Numbered from the stretch's first letter, positions 20,410-29,699 are shown. The stretch: DNA of 64,000 bases from an archaeon (GCA_038874115.1 JAVZDC010000001.1:266871-330870); one strand, 5' to 3'. Numbers and translations: made by a program. Notes: generated by a model from the sequence alone, not told the origin.

Positions 20410-21121
20410 CTTTCTTCTTCTCGATAAACAAACCTTCTTCTTTTAAAACCTCGAGTAAAGCCTTACAAGCTTCCTCATTTAAACCAGTTTCTTTTACTAT
20501 TTCAGCTAAAGTCTTAGGTGTTTTTAAAATTTGCTCTAACTTTGGCCTGTATTTTTTCAAAAAGTCTTTAAAAACAATATAATATTTTTTATCAAAACTA
20601 CGAACGCCTACAACTTCAGAATCCAAAGCCAATTCTTTTATTTTTTTATTTAATTCCTCTGCTTTCTTCTCATCTGAAAAACAAAGGTATTTCTTTCTTT
20701 TTAGAACGGAAATTTCATCCCCTCCTGATTCTGGAAGTATAAACTTAAAATATTCTTTAGATATTCCGATAAGTTCCTTTTTATCCTTTACATACTTAAA
20801 AAATATTTTCTCCTCGAGCATTTTAGAAAATAAATCAAATTCTTCTTTTGTTAATACATTGCGAATGTTATCCAAAGTCCTGTTCCAATATTTTAAAGAA
20901 TTTACTTTCTTTAGAACGTTTAATTTTTTCGGATCTAGATCAGAAACTTTTTTAACAAATAAAACCAAGTTTCCATATGGATTTAAAAACTCAACTTCGT
21001 CCTCATCTTCAAGTTCTAAAATCTCCCTAACTTTTTCTGGAATTTCCACGTATCTTTTTCCTTTTAGCAAAAAAATTTTCATAAATATCAAGTTTTTGCT
21101 TGACCGAGTAATAAAACACAT
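20390..21121 (-). CDS. Hypothetical protein with a C-terminal winged-helix-like segment.
   Basis: 243 aa, C-terminus TLAEIVKETGLNEEACKALLEVLKEEGLFIEKKKGVYV. Confidence 0.4.
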   Translation of the reverse strand: MCFITRSSKNLIFMKIFLLKGKRYVEIPEKVREILELEDEDEVEFLNPYGNLVLFVKKVSDLDPKKLNVLKKVNSLKYWNRTLDNIRNVLTKEEFDLFSKMLEEKIFFKYVKDKKELIGISKEYFKFILPESGGDEISVLKRKKYLCFSDEKKAEELNKKIKELALDSEVVGVRSFDKKYYIVFKDFLKKYRPKLEQILKTPKTLAEIVKETGLNEEACKALLEVLKEEGLFIEKKKGVYVRA

Positions 21122-21579
21122 TCTTCGTCTGGATCTATCTTAACAGTAAGACCTTCATAGGTTTTATTTAAGGCAAGCTTGATTACTGTTATAAAAGGAT
21201 GGATTCTAAAACAATATGGTTCAAAACCTTCATCTAAAATAGCCTTACAAATATTCCGATAGGTGCATGGAGCACGTACTACGCATTTTAAAATCCCTTT
21301 CTTTTCTTCTATCTGTATTCTTTCAGAAGGAATAAATTTTTCTTTATCCATGAAAGCAATATATTTTTGGCAAGCTTCCAGTGGAGTTTTCGCCTTAATC
21401 TGCACTTTGCGATCATTTAACCATTTCTGTACTGCCTCTGCTTGCACTTTTCTCACAAAATCTTCATTTTCTCCCCCTACTTTTCCCAAGGCATAAATCC
21501 AAGTATTAAAAATAGTGGATAGAATTCTGTTCTGATCTTCAAGTATTTTAATCTTGTTCTCTTCTTTCATAAACACCAC
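21088..21579 (-). CDS. Cys-containing hypothetical protein (possibly a V4R-like small-molecule binding domain).
   Basis: 163 aa, C-terminal Cys cluster CVVRAPCTYRNICKAILDEGFEPYC. No secure family call. Confidence 0.4.
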   Translation of the reverse strand: MVFMKEENKIKILEDQNRILSTIFNTWIYALGKVGGENEDFVRKVQAEAVQKWLNDRKVQIKAKTPLEACQKYIAFMDKEKFIPSERIQIEEKKGILKCVVRAPCTYRNICKAILDEGFEPYCFRIHPFITVIKLALNKTYEGLTVKIDPDEECVLLLGQAKT

Positions 21580-22320
21580 TTAAAACAATCTTTCTTGAGG
21601 GTATATGGATATTCCTTTTGAAGATATTACATATGGTCTAATTGATCTATCGCAGTTTGCACCTCTTTGTTTCAATACAGTTATCCCTCTTTTCCTTTCC
21701 TCTCTACTAAGATAATCTCGCATCAATATTAAACTATCTGCTAAAAAGTCTTCAAAAGAAAATTCTTCTTCTTGTTTTGATTTCTCAGATATTATTATTG
21801 AAGTTAGGCCTTGTCTTTTAAGATATTGAAATAAAGCTGCTATTTCAACTCTTGTCTGGCTTTCATCGACGCTTGATAATTTTAAAACACTCAAGCTGTC
21901 TATCACAAGTCTAGAGTAATTCTCACTGCTTAAAGAGTCTTTTATGGTAAAATATAAATCCATGATTGTTGGAGGTTTTGGAGGAGTCATTTTTGCCAAA
22001 CTTGGACTTATTCTTGGGTCCAATTGTTCGTATTCAACTGGAGATAATTTAAACTGTTTAAAAACCAAAAGGCCTTTTTCTAAATATGCCGTTAGGGGGA
22101 TCCCCAAATTTTGTACATTATTTATTATTTGCTGACTATTTTCTTCTAAAGAAATATAAAGTCCTTTTTCTCCCAATTCTGCACCTTTTGTTAAAAATTG
22201 CACTGCGAGGATTGTTTTTCCCGATCCAGGGGTTCCAGCGATTAAGTTTACAGAATTCTTTAAAAAACCGCCCCCAAGTAAAACATCTAACCCGGGAACT
22301 CCGGATGAAACCCTTTCCAT
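21580..22320 (-). CDS. KaiC/RecA-superfamily ATPase (FlaH/ArlH-like).
   Basis: 246 aa single KaiC-like domain with Walker A IAGTPGSGKTILAVQF. Placed at the distal end of the pilus operon. Confidence 0.8.
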   Translation of the reverse strand: MERVSSGVPGLDVLLGGGFLKNSVNLIAGTPGSGKTILAVQFLTKGAELGEKGLYISLEENSQQIINNVQNLGIPLTAYLEKGLLVFKQFKLSPVEYEQLDPRISPSLAKMTPPKPPTIMDLYFTIKDSLSSENYSRLVIDSLSVLKLSSVDESQTRVEIAALFQYLKRQGLTSIIISEKSKQEEEFSFEDFLADSLILMRDYLSREERKRGITVLKQRGANCDRSIRPYVISSKGISIYPQERLF

Positions 22321-22364
22321 AATATCTCCAATTATAAAAATGCTTTCTTATTTATATATCTTTT

Positions 22365-22742
22365 TTATGATGAAAAACTACTCGAAACTGCGGAAGTTTT
22401 GCAAACCACCCCATCTTCAGTACATACTGTAAAAGTAACAGTTATACTACTTGGGCAATTATCTGAAAGGGTATAAGTGACATTCATGCCGCTCGAGTTT
22501 ACTAAACTATTTGAAAATATGCTCCTTGCATATTCTTTTCCAGTTGTGCAATTTACTGCATTACTTGTTGCGCTATAAAAAGCATTCTTTAAATCTTTTA
22601 CCCTGTATGCGACAGACAATATCTTTATTGCGTTTTGCTCAGATTCGTCAATTTTTTGCTCGACTATGAAAATCTGCAAAGCTAAAAATAGGAAAATCAC
22701 TCCAAGAGCCGCACCTATCGAAGAATAAACAAACCCTTTCAT
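22365..22742 (-). CDS. Pilin-like protein (class III signal peptide).
   Basis: MKGFVYSSIGAALGVIFLFLAL... Confidence 0.6.
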   Translation of the reverse strand: MKGFVYSSIGAALGVIFLFLALQIFIVEQKIDESEQNAIKILSVAYRVKDLKNAFYSATSNAVNCTTGKEYARSIFSNSLVNSSGMNVTYTLSDNCPSSITVTFTVCTEDGVVCKTSAVSSSFSS

Positions 22743-23032
22743 TTATAACACACCACGGTAACGTTAGCCTTTAACTGGCTCCCATCCCAGTATAAGTTTG
22801 TAAAAGCTGCTGTATCTTTTGCATTTTTACAATTTTCATTCCCTAAGTAAAAATCTTCATTTTCAAAATCGAAATTTGAGCCTACGATGAACGCATCTCT
22901 GGAGTAAAAGAAAAGATTCAAAGAAGAATGGTGTGAATAAGACATTAAATAGAAACTTACTGTTAAAAATAACGTTGCTATTGCTATCGCAAGTACGGCA
23001 TCCATTGAAATGAAAAACGCTTTCATGAACAC
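22739..23032 (-). CDS. Pilin-like protein (class III signal peptide).
   Basis: MFMKAFFISMDAVLAIAIATLFL... It overlaps the neighbouring genes by 4 nt and 10 nt. Confidence 0.6.
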   Translation of the reverse strand: MFMKAFFISMDAVLAIAIATLFLTVSFYLMSYSHHSSLNLFFYSRDAFIVGSNFDFENEDFYLGNENCKNAKDTAAFTNLYWDGSQLKANVTVVCYK

Positions 23033-23475
23033 ACCTTAACTATTAAATCACCATTATATTCAGTTGAATCATTTACAACTTTAACTAATCTTTTGATTGT
23101 TGCTAGATTATTCTTCCTGAAGCATGCATCTTTATTCCAATACTCATGGTTTGCCCTTCCTAATCCAGGCTTATATGCTCCGTATGCCAATTCAACTTCA
23201 AAAGTATACCTTGCTATCCCGGAATTCTTTAAATATTCGCATCCGCTTTTTATTGTACTCATGTTTACTTTATTATCGTAGCCTGGCAAAATTGTTGAAT
23301 TTTTGGTTAAAAACTCTGAAATATCTTCTGCTTGGAAAAAAAGATCGTAGTTCTGGAATTCTTTTGTTTTCGAAACATAAACATCCAAAAAGTGAAAAGT
23401 AAAGCCTACCAAAAATAAACCAAGAGCTGCAGACAAAAGAAAATCTAAAGTAAAAATTTGAGCTTTCATACACAA
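23023..23475 (-). CDS. Pilin-like protein (class III signal peptide).
   Basis: MCMKAQIFTLDFLLSAALGLFLV... Confidence 0.6.
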   Translation of the reverse strand: MCMKAQIFTLDFLLSAALGLFLVGFTFHFLDVYVSKTKEFQNYDLFFQAEDISEFLTKNSTILPGYDNKVNMSTIKSGCEYLKNSGIARYTFEVELAYGAYKPGLGRANHEYWNKDACFRKNNLATIKRLVKVVNDSTEYNGDLIVKVCS

Positions 23476-23850
23476 TCACGGGAGTAACATTTCACCTGGT
23501 CGTATCTTAACGTTTAATGCAGCTATTTGTGAAGAGTCTTGATTCCTGCAAGTAGCTTGAATTTTTGAATTTTGATAAGAAAAATTACAAACGTCTAATC
23601 TTGCGCCTTCTATTTTCATTTGACTATAGTTAGATAAATCTTCTCGAAATGTTAAATCCCGCTGAGTATAATGAGTGGATAAAAGGTTTGCTTGATGAGC
23701 TAATCCCCAAGCCATAACGTCTGCTGAAAGTTTTAATGCTTTTGAACCCATCATCGCGAAATCTTGGGTAAATAAAAGTAAAAAACTTCCAAATATTAAA
23801 GTTAACAACATCGCAATCATCAAATCTAAAGATGAAAAAGCCTTCATCAT
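23476..23850 (-). CDS. Pilin-like protein (class III signal peptide).
   Basis: MMKAFSSLDLMIAMLLTLIFGSF... Confidence 0.6.
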   Translation of the reverse strand: MMKAFSSLDLMIAMLLTLIFGSFLLLFTQDFAMMGSKALKLSADVMAWGLAHQANLLSTHYTQRDLTFREDLSNYSQMKIEGARLDVCNFSYQNSKIQATCRNQDSSQIAALNVKIRPGEMLLP

Positions 23851-24149
23851 TCTCCCCTTATCTCAACTGTATAACCACCAAGATTTTTTTCGCTCAAGTA
23901 TGCTTGAACTCCGTCAGGAGTGATTGAACACGATTCTTTTTTGATAGTCAGAGTAATCTCGTTTTTATCTAAAGTTTGGGATTCAACTATACAAAAGTTG
24001 GAAAGAGCGTATTCTTTTGCAAAAGCTAAAGCTCGAATATCGTCGCTTTTCGATACGAAAATACCAGTGAATGAAACCACGGTGAAAGTAATCGCTGCTA
24101 AAATAATTAATAGTTCGAAAGTGGTTTGACCTTTATGTCCTTTTAACAA
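23847..24149 (-). CDS. Pilin-like protein (class III signal peptide).
   Basis: MLKGHKGQTTFELLIILAAITF... (KGQ-TxFE motif). Confidence 0.65.
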   Translation of the reverse strand: MLKGHKGQTTFELLIILAAITFTVVSFTGIFVSKSDDIRALAFAKEYALSNFCIVESQTLDKNEITLTIKKESCSITPDGVQAYLSEKNLGGYTVEIRGE

Positions 24150-24534
24150 TTACCTCACCAAATGAATTTGCAGATATCGATTGCCCTGCATTATCGTATT
24201 CAAATCCGGATGGTAAGATTCCAAAAGTTTGAGGAACATCTTTGGCTGGAGAATTTGGATTGCAACTTGCAGTAATATTGTTGTTATTCAATATATACGC
24301 ACAATCATAAGGAGCTTTTAGAAGAATTGTAACTTTTGCTCCAGATCCTTGAGTTTTCAAGAAGTTTACTGCTTGTTTTACTTTCGTATCGGATGCTTTA
24401 ATTAAACTATTTGCTTCAAGAAGAATGCCTGTATCTGCTGACTTTAAAGCAAGATTCAAGGATATTGTTGAAAATATGAGAAGTGAAATTGCTAAGATGA
24501 CTAAATATTCTATTGTTATTTGGCCTTTCATCAT
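24133..24534 (-). CDS. Pilin-like protein (class III signal peptide).
   Basis: MMKGQITIEYLVILAISLLIF... Confidence 0.65.
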   Translation of the reverse strand: MMKGQITIEYLVILAISLLIFSTISLNLALKSADTGILLEANSLIKASDTKVKQAVNFLKTQGSGAKVTILLKAPYDCAYILNNNNITASCNPNSPAKDVPQTFGILPSGFEYDNAGQSISANSFGEVIVKRT

Positions 24535-24692
24535 ACCACCAAGTTCATAATTTGGTTCTTAAAACTATCTAAAATTGTCACTCCTGCTTGCGATAAAGAA
24601 ATTATTTGGGAAACTAAAGCAAATATCACTATGGAAAACATAAAAAGGACTACGAGACCAAGTAAATATTCGAAAGAAGTTTGGCCTTTCAT
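24531..24692 (-). CDS. Small pilin-like protein (53 aa). Not in the ORF track.
   Basis: Translates MKGQTSFEYLLGLVVLFMFSIVIFALVSQIISLSQAGVTILDSFKNQIMNLVV. ATGA overlap with the downstream gene. Confidence 0.55.
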   Translation of the reverse strand: MKGQTSFEYLLGLVVLFMFSIVIFALVSQIISLSQAGVTILDSFKNQIMNLVV

Positions 24693-24847
24693 GAAAGCAC
24701 CTTTGTTTTTATCGCATCTAAAAGACCCACAACTGTATCTTTTAAACCAAATATTTGAAGTATTAACGCTAAAAGTACGATAGCGATTACTAGAGTTAAA
24801 GCAAGGGACATCAAATAATCTAAAGAAACTTGGGCTTTGTTATCCAT
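24689..24847 (-). CDS. Small pilin-like protein (52 aa). Not in the ORF track.
   Basis: Translates MDNKAQVSLDYLMSLALTLVIAIVLLALILQIFGLKDTVVGLLDAIKTKVLS. ATGA overlap with the downstream gene. Confidence 0.55.
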   Translation of the reverse strand: MDNKAQVSLDYLMSLALTLVIAIVLLALILQIFGLKDTVVGLLDAIKTKVLS

Positions 24848-24853
24848 AAGTTG

Positions 24854-25600
24854 TTAAAAGCATGGGAAATTTAAAAACTTTGCCACAGGCCCGTACAAGA
24901 AACCTAAAGAAAGTAAAAAAGCTAAAGGAAAACTTCTTTTAACTTTTACTTTTTTGAAATGTTCCTTCAAAATTTGAGCCTCTTTTTCAGAAATTCCTGA
25001 AGCCTTTGGAATTATTCTATATTTTCCAACTTTGATTTCTTCGGCTAAAATCAATCCTTCTCTTGGTTCTGTTTCAAACGTAAAAATCGAATCTTTTGAA
25101 GATTTGAAAGCATGGAAAAATAGGAAAAAGTATGTGGAAATTAAAAATGCGGGAAAATAAGCAATTTCAAAAAGGGAAAAGAATAAAAACGTTAAACAAA
25201 GGATTAAAGCAAGTTTGCTTGACTTTAAAGATTTGAAGAATTTTTCCCTATTTTTTAAAACTGCGAAACTAATGACGTAAGCTGACGCTAGAGGAAAGAA
25301 TAAAATAAGGGCTTGTAAGATAGCTAGGAAAGGATAAAAACAAATAGAGAAACAAGGCATAAGGGCACTTGCAGCAGTGAAAAATTTTACATCTCCCCCT
25401 CCAACTAACCTAATTTTATAAAGAACATAAAAAGAGAGAAATGAAAGTAATACTACGAAAAAAGTTTGAGGGTAAAAATTTATTATAATCCCTGTACTTA
25501 AGAAAAAATAATTCAATTCTCTTGGAATTTTATGATACTTCAAATCGAAAAAAGATGTAAGAATGAAAAAGATTAAAGAATAAAAAAGGGTTAAAGACAT
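24854..25600 (-). CDS. Type IV prepilin peptidase (A24 family; PibD/FlaK/EppA-like) with a C-terminal extension.
   Basis: Polytopic protein with the D...GGGDVK motif (RLVGGGDVKFFTAASALMP) and an N-terminal DLKYHKIP (first catalytic Asp). Confidence 0.8.
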   Translation of the reverse strand: MSLTLFYSLIFFILTSFFDLKYHKIPRELNYFFLSTGIIINFYPQTFFVVLLSFLSFYVLYKIRLVGGGDVKFFTAASALMPCFSICFYPFLAILQALILFFPLASAYVISFAVLKNREKFFKSLKSSKLALILCLTFLFFSLFEIAYFPAFLISTYFFLFFHAFKSSKDSIFTFETEPREGLILAEEIKVGKYRIIPKASGISEKEAQILKEHFKKVKVKRSFPLAFLLSLGFLYGPVAKFLNFPCF

Positions 25601-25626
25601 CGCAGGTTTTTGTAAAGCTTTATTTT

Positions 25627-25947
25627 TTAAGGTTCACAGTTTAAAAAAGACGCTTGGGTGGCTGTAGTATTATTACATGCGACAACCATGGTGGAGCCAA
25701 GAGTACATCCCGATTTGGAATTTCCAATATCCGAACAACCAGCTGTGCATATCGAAGTACAATCAAAAGTAGGTGCTATTGCTCTTTTCTGCTGGCATTG
25801 AGCAAAAGCTTCTTCACATTTTGCAAGACTTGCAGATTTCGTACTTGTCTTAAATGCTCCAGTCATAAACAAAACGACTACTGCAGCAATTGCTAAAACT
25901 GCTGCGACCATGATTAGGTATTCTAAAGAACCTTGCCCTTTTTTCAT
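25627..25947 (-). CDS. Cys-rich type IV pilin (class III signal peptide). Probable major pilin.
   Basis: MKKGQGSLEYLIMVAAVLAIAAVVVLF... followed by 10 Cys in a short mature domain. Confidence 0.7.
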   Translation of the reverse strand: MKKGQGSLEYLIMVAAVLAIAAVVVLFMTGAFKTSTKSASLAKCEEAFAQCQQKRAIAPTFDCTSICTAGCSDIGNSKSGCTLGSTMVVACNNTTATQASFLNCEP

Positions 25948-26027
25948 TTTGTCTCACCCCTTGAATTAAAAAAGAAAGAAGAATATTTAAATTTTTCTTT
26001 TTTAAAGATCACGAATTCAAGTAATAT

Positions 26028-26921
26028 TTATAATGCTGCCGGTACGCCTAAACCAAGCATTGAAATAAATAAAGACGCGACAAATACATATATCAAATAT
26101 GCACCAAGCATTGCGATCGGGATCAAAACAACTCCTTTGGAAAGGTCGCCTTCTCTAACTTGGACTGCGCCTGCCGTAGTTAAAGCTGCAGAAACTATGA
26201 CATAAAACTTGAATAAAGTATCGAATTGAGCAACCATGGAAAAAGTTTCTTGAGTCATTTCTCCTCCCATGCCAACCAAAATCTGAAGAACTGATTTTAC
26301 AATTCCGAAAACAAATGGAGCGACCCCTGCTCCCGCAACTAAAATAAATAAAAATTGCATGAATGTTTTAGTCTTTCTTTCTCTTTTCAATCTATAAAGA
26401 GCACGAATATCATCAGCCAAAGCGGTTAAAGTATCCAAAAGGGAGCCTCCAGCTTTTTTTGCTGCGATTATTATGACTGCGGCTCTTTGTAACATTTCAG
26501 ATTTTGATCTAGTTGCAAAGTCTGAAAATGCTGTCTCAAATGGCTTCCCCTCATACATCTCTTTAAGCATATCTTTTACTCCTGATGTTATTGGCCCATA
26601 ATTTGCTTTAGATACCTCAGTCAAAGCTGTTTCGATAGTCCCACCAGTTTTTAAAGTTGTACCGATGTGGTGCAAAACATCAGGTAATCTACTTTCAATA
26701 TTAGCTATCTTTCTTTGAACAAGATAAAAAGGCCCTCCTATTGAAAGGTCTAAAACTAAAACAAATAGAAGAAAACCAAGTGTTGGATCGACAAAATACA
26801 AGGAAAATAAGAGAATTAAAGCTATGGCTATGCCTCCGAATAAAAGGAATTTTGGATTTATTTTTATGTCTGCGTATTCCACTGCATCTTCATATTTTGC
26901 CAATAGTTCTGAAATGTCCAT
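26028..26921 (-). CDS. TadC/FlaJ-like pilus assembly membrane protein.
   Basis: 297 aa polytopic protein of the GspF/TadC type. Follows its paralog and the ATPase. Confidence 0.7.
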   Translation of the reverse strand: MDISELLAKYEDAVEYADIKINPKFLLFGGIAIALILLFSLYFVDPTLGFLLFVLVLDLSIGGPFYLVQRKIANIESRLPDVLHHIGTTLKTGGTIETALTEVSKANYGPITSGVKDMLKEMYEGKPFETAFSDFATRSKSEMLQRAAVIIIAAKKAGGSLLDTLTALADDIRALYRLKRERKTKTFMQFLFILVAGAGVAPFVFGIVKSVLQILVGMGGEMTQETFSMVAQFDTLFKFYVIVSAALTTAGAVQVREGDLSKGVVLIPIAMLGAYLIYVFVASLFISMLGLGVPAAL

Positions 26922-26923
26922 TC

Positions 26924-28090
26924 TTAAGCACCCGGATCTGAAACTTTAATGTAATAAATAAACACAAAGATTAACGCTGGACATATTACGAAATATAAAA
27001 GAATCAAAAAATCCACGCTAAATACGGAAAACATTGCCAGATATTTCTTTATGGCTGGAGCACTACCGATTGTTGTTAATATTGTTATCATGACTGGTAA
27101 AACAACAGCCCCCATCATTAAAAACAATCCTAACAAATTTAATTTTTCTGCGAAATCAGCTATTTTTGATTTTCTTTCAAAAGATACATCTTCCGCAATG
27201 GTTATCATTATTTCGGATAAATTTCCCCCAGTCCTTAAAGCTCTAACAATGTGTGCAACTACTCTCTTCAATGCTTCTGAATTTGTTTTATTCGCCCAAG
27301 CTTGCAATGCATCTTCAGTCGGAATTCCTTTTTCTATATTGAGAAGAACCCATCTTAAACCTTCTGAAAACGCTCCATATCCTCCATGAGCAACAGATGT
27401 TAAAGTCTTATGAATTCCGACCCCTGCTCTAATCTCGATTGACATGTGTCTTAACGCAAAAGGCAAATGTTTTTCTATATCTGCAGCTATCTTTGATGCT
27501 CTACTTCTTGGAATCACTAAACCAAAAGCAAGCCCAACAAAAGGCAATATTAACAACCCTAAAACTAAAATAGGTAAACTTATTGCTCCTACGAACAAAA
27601 GCAAGATAAAAAAGATTAAAGCTACAAGCTCGAGTATAAAAATTCCGGAAATTAAAAGTGCGATATACTGTTGAGCCGTATAAGGCATATCTGCCGCAGC
27701 GAGTTGATCTTCCAACCCTTTACCAAAAAGTCTTTCAAAAAAAGTAGAAAAATATGAAAGAATATTTTGGAATTTAAGGTAAAAACTTCCTAAAGCTCTA
27801 ATTGTCGGATTCTCATGCGCCTGAAGTTCTCTCACAGTAGGTCCAACTATTTTAGTTGCTCTTGGCCCGTAGTCCAAAACCTCTTTCAAAGCTGCCGCTC
27901 GTCCATATTCTTCTATAGTGATACCCTCTTCCACGTATTTCGATTTTAATCTTTCCACAATTTTAGAAAGAACCTCGTAATCTACAGCTTCTTCACTTTT
28001 AATTTCTTCCTTTTCTTCTTTTTTCGCTGGTTTCTTCTCTAAAATTTTCTTTAAATCTTCAATTCTACCCATGCTTTTCAGACTCCTCAA
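26924..28090 (-). CDS. TadB/TadC/FlaJ-like pilus assembly membrane protein.
   Basis: 388 aa with a cytoplasmic N-domain and multiple TM helices. Overlaps the ATPase gene. Confidence 0.7.
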   Translation of the reverse strand: MRSLKSMGRIEDLKKILEKKPAKKEEKEEIKSEEAVDYEVLSKIVERLKSKYVEEGITIEEYGRAAALKEVLDYGPRATKIVGPTVRELQAHENPTIRALGSFYLKFQNILSYFSTFFERLFGKGLEDQLAAADMPYTAQQYIALLISGIFILELVALIFFILLLFVGAISLPILVLGLLILPFVGLAFGLVIPRSRASKIAADIEKHLPFALRHMSIEIRAGVGIHKTLTSVAHGGYGAFSEGLRWVLLNIEKGIPTEDALQAWANKTNSEALKRVVAHIVRALRTGGNLSEIMITIAEDVSFERKSKIADFAEKLNLLGLFLMMGAVVLPVMITILTTIGSAPAIKKYLAMFSVFSVDFLILLYFVICPALIFVFIYYIKVSDPGA

Positions 28091-29699
28091 ATTTACGTAT
28101 TTCTAATGCGACATCCGATAATTTTCGTATATTTTTCTTAACTAAAATTTCTAGGAAATCTTTCCTTTTTTCTTTTTCGTAATCGAGATCACTTTTTGAC
28201 ATCCCTGTAAACTTCATCAGCCTGTTTTCATACCTTGAAGATAAATTATTATTCTTTATTATGTCTGGAGCTGGGTCCCATTCGAAAAGAAGTTGAGTTT
28301 GAGGAGCATTCCCTGCTATACCTTGAATTTCAGCAAGTTCTGTCACTCTTCTAATTGTACCTTTTCTAGGATCTACAATTCTTTGTTGCATCAAGACAAA
28401 ATCCAAAGCGTCAAGCATCACTAAAGGAACATTCATCGGTGGGCTTAGAAGACGAACTAATGTTTCCTGAGCACTGTTTGCATGAACTGTACCCATGCAT
28501 CCATGGTGCCCAGTGTTCATGGCAGTGAACAAAGTAAAAGCTTCTGCATGTCTTATTTCCCCGACTATGATTCTGTCAGGTCTCATTCTCAAAGTATTTT
28601 TAACCAAAGTATCTAAAGTAATTTCTCCCAAACCTTCGATACTTGGAGGTCTAGCTTCAAAACGTATCCAATGCGAAAGAGGTAAATTAAGTTCTGCCGT
28701 ATCTTCTATAGAAAGAACTCTTTCTCTTGGGGGTATGAAAGATGCTAAAACGTTTAAAGTTGTAGTTTTCCCAGATCCTGTTCCTCCAGCAACCAAAATA
28801 TTTGCTGGATGCGCACCAAGCCCGGTAACTGCTAACCATAAGAACGCTGCTAATTCTGAAGATATTGTTCCATATTTTATTAAATCTACAACTGAATAAG
28901 GATCTGATCTAAATTTTCGGATAGTCAAAGTTGATCCATTCAAAGAAATTGGAGGAATAGTTGCGTTAACTCTGGATCCATCTGGTAGTCTTGCATCTAA
29001 AATCGGAGACTGCAAGTCAACTCTTCTATTTACATCTCTAGCGATTCTATCTATTATATTTCGAATTTCAGAATCGTCAGAAAAAACAACATTTGTCTTA
29101 AGCATGCCAAACTCTCGATGAAAAACATAAACTGGAGCTTGCGGTCCAATTACCATGATTTCTTCCAATTTATCATCTCTTACAAGATCATCAATAAGCC
29201 CATACCCAACCATTTCTTTCATGACTTGGAGAGCATAAAAATCAACTCTAGTGGAAGGTACTCCAAGTTCTGGACTTGCTTCTATTATTTCTTTAACTTT
29301 TTTGAAGTAAAATTCTCTTTTCCTCTCTATATCTCTGAATTCTTCAGGAGAAACTGTTATCAACCTTGTTGCGGCTTCTTTTATTGTTGAAATTAAAACT
29401 TTTTCTGGCCCTGTTGGTCTAACAACAGGAATCGCATATATTAGCAAAGGCTCTCCAGGCACTTTATAAATTCTTACAGAACCATAACTCGCTATCAAAC
29501 TTTTTTCTTTAGGCAACTCTGCTTCAATCTCTAAAAACTTTTGCTCAACTTTTAATTCTGGTTTTCCCTCTTTTTTTAATTCCGGTTTTTCTTCAGGTTT
29601 TTTCTCTTCAACCTTTTCTTCCACGGGCTTTACTGGAACGATTCCAGCTTCTCTTTCTTTTTTTGCTTTTTTCATTAATTCCTCAATATAAGAAGGCAT
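28065..29699 (-). CDS. Type IV pilus assembly ATPase (FlaI/TadA/VirB11 family).
   Basis: 544 aa with Walker A GGTGSGKTTTLN and Asp/His boxes typical of secretion ATPases. Confidence 0.9.
   Translation of the reverse strand: MPSYIEELMKKAKKEREAGIVPVKPVEEKVEEKKPEEKPELKKEGKPELKVEQKFLEIEAELPKEKSLIASYGSVRIYKVPGEPLLIYAIPVVRPTGPEKVLISTIKEAATRLITVSPEEFRDIERKREFYFKKVKEIIEASPELGVPSTRVDFYALQVMKEMVGYGLIDDLVRDDKLEEIMVIGPQAPVYVFHREFGMLKTNVVFSDDSEIRNIIDRIARDVNRRVDLQSPILDARLPDGSRVNATIPPISLNGSTLTIRKFRSDPYSVVDLIKYGTISSELAAFLWLAVTGLGAHPANILVAGGTGSGKTTTLNVLASFIPPRERVLSIEDTAELNLPLSHWIRFEARPPSIEGLGEITLDTLVKNTLRMRPDRIIVGEIRHAEAFTLFTAMNTGHHGCMGTVHANSAQETLVRLLSPPMNVPLVMLDALDFVLMQQRIVDPRKGTIRRVTELAEIQGIAGNAPQTQLLFEWDPAPDIIKNNNLSSRYENRLMKFTGMSKSDLDYEKEKRKDFLEILVKKNIRKLSDVALEIRKFEESEKHG

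Noticed and set aside
28495-28899. 134-aa plus-strand ORF inside the pilus ATPase gene, and similar internal ORFs (29118..29390, 27051..27674).
   Set aside because: They are antisense to conserved secretion-ATPase and TadC-like coding sequence.
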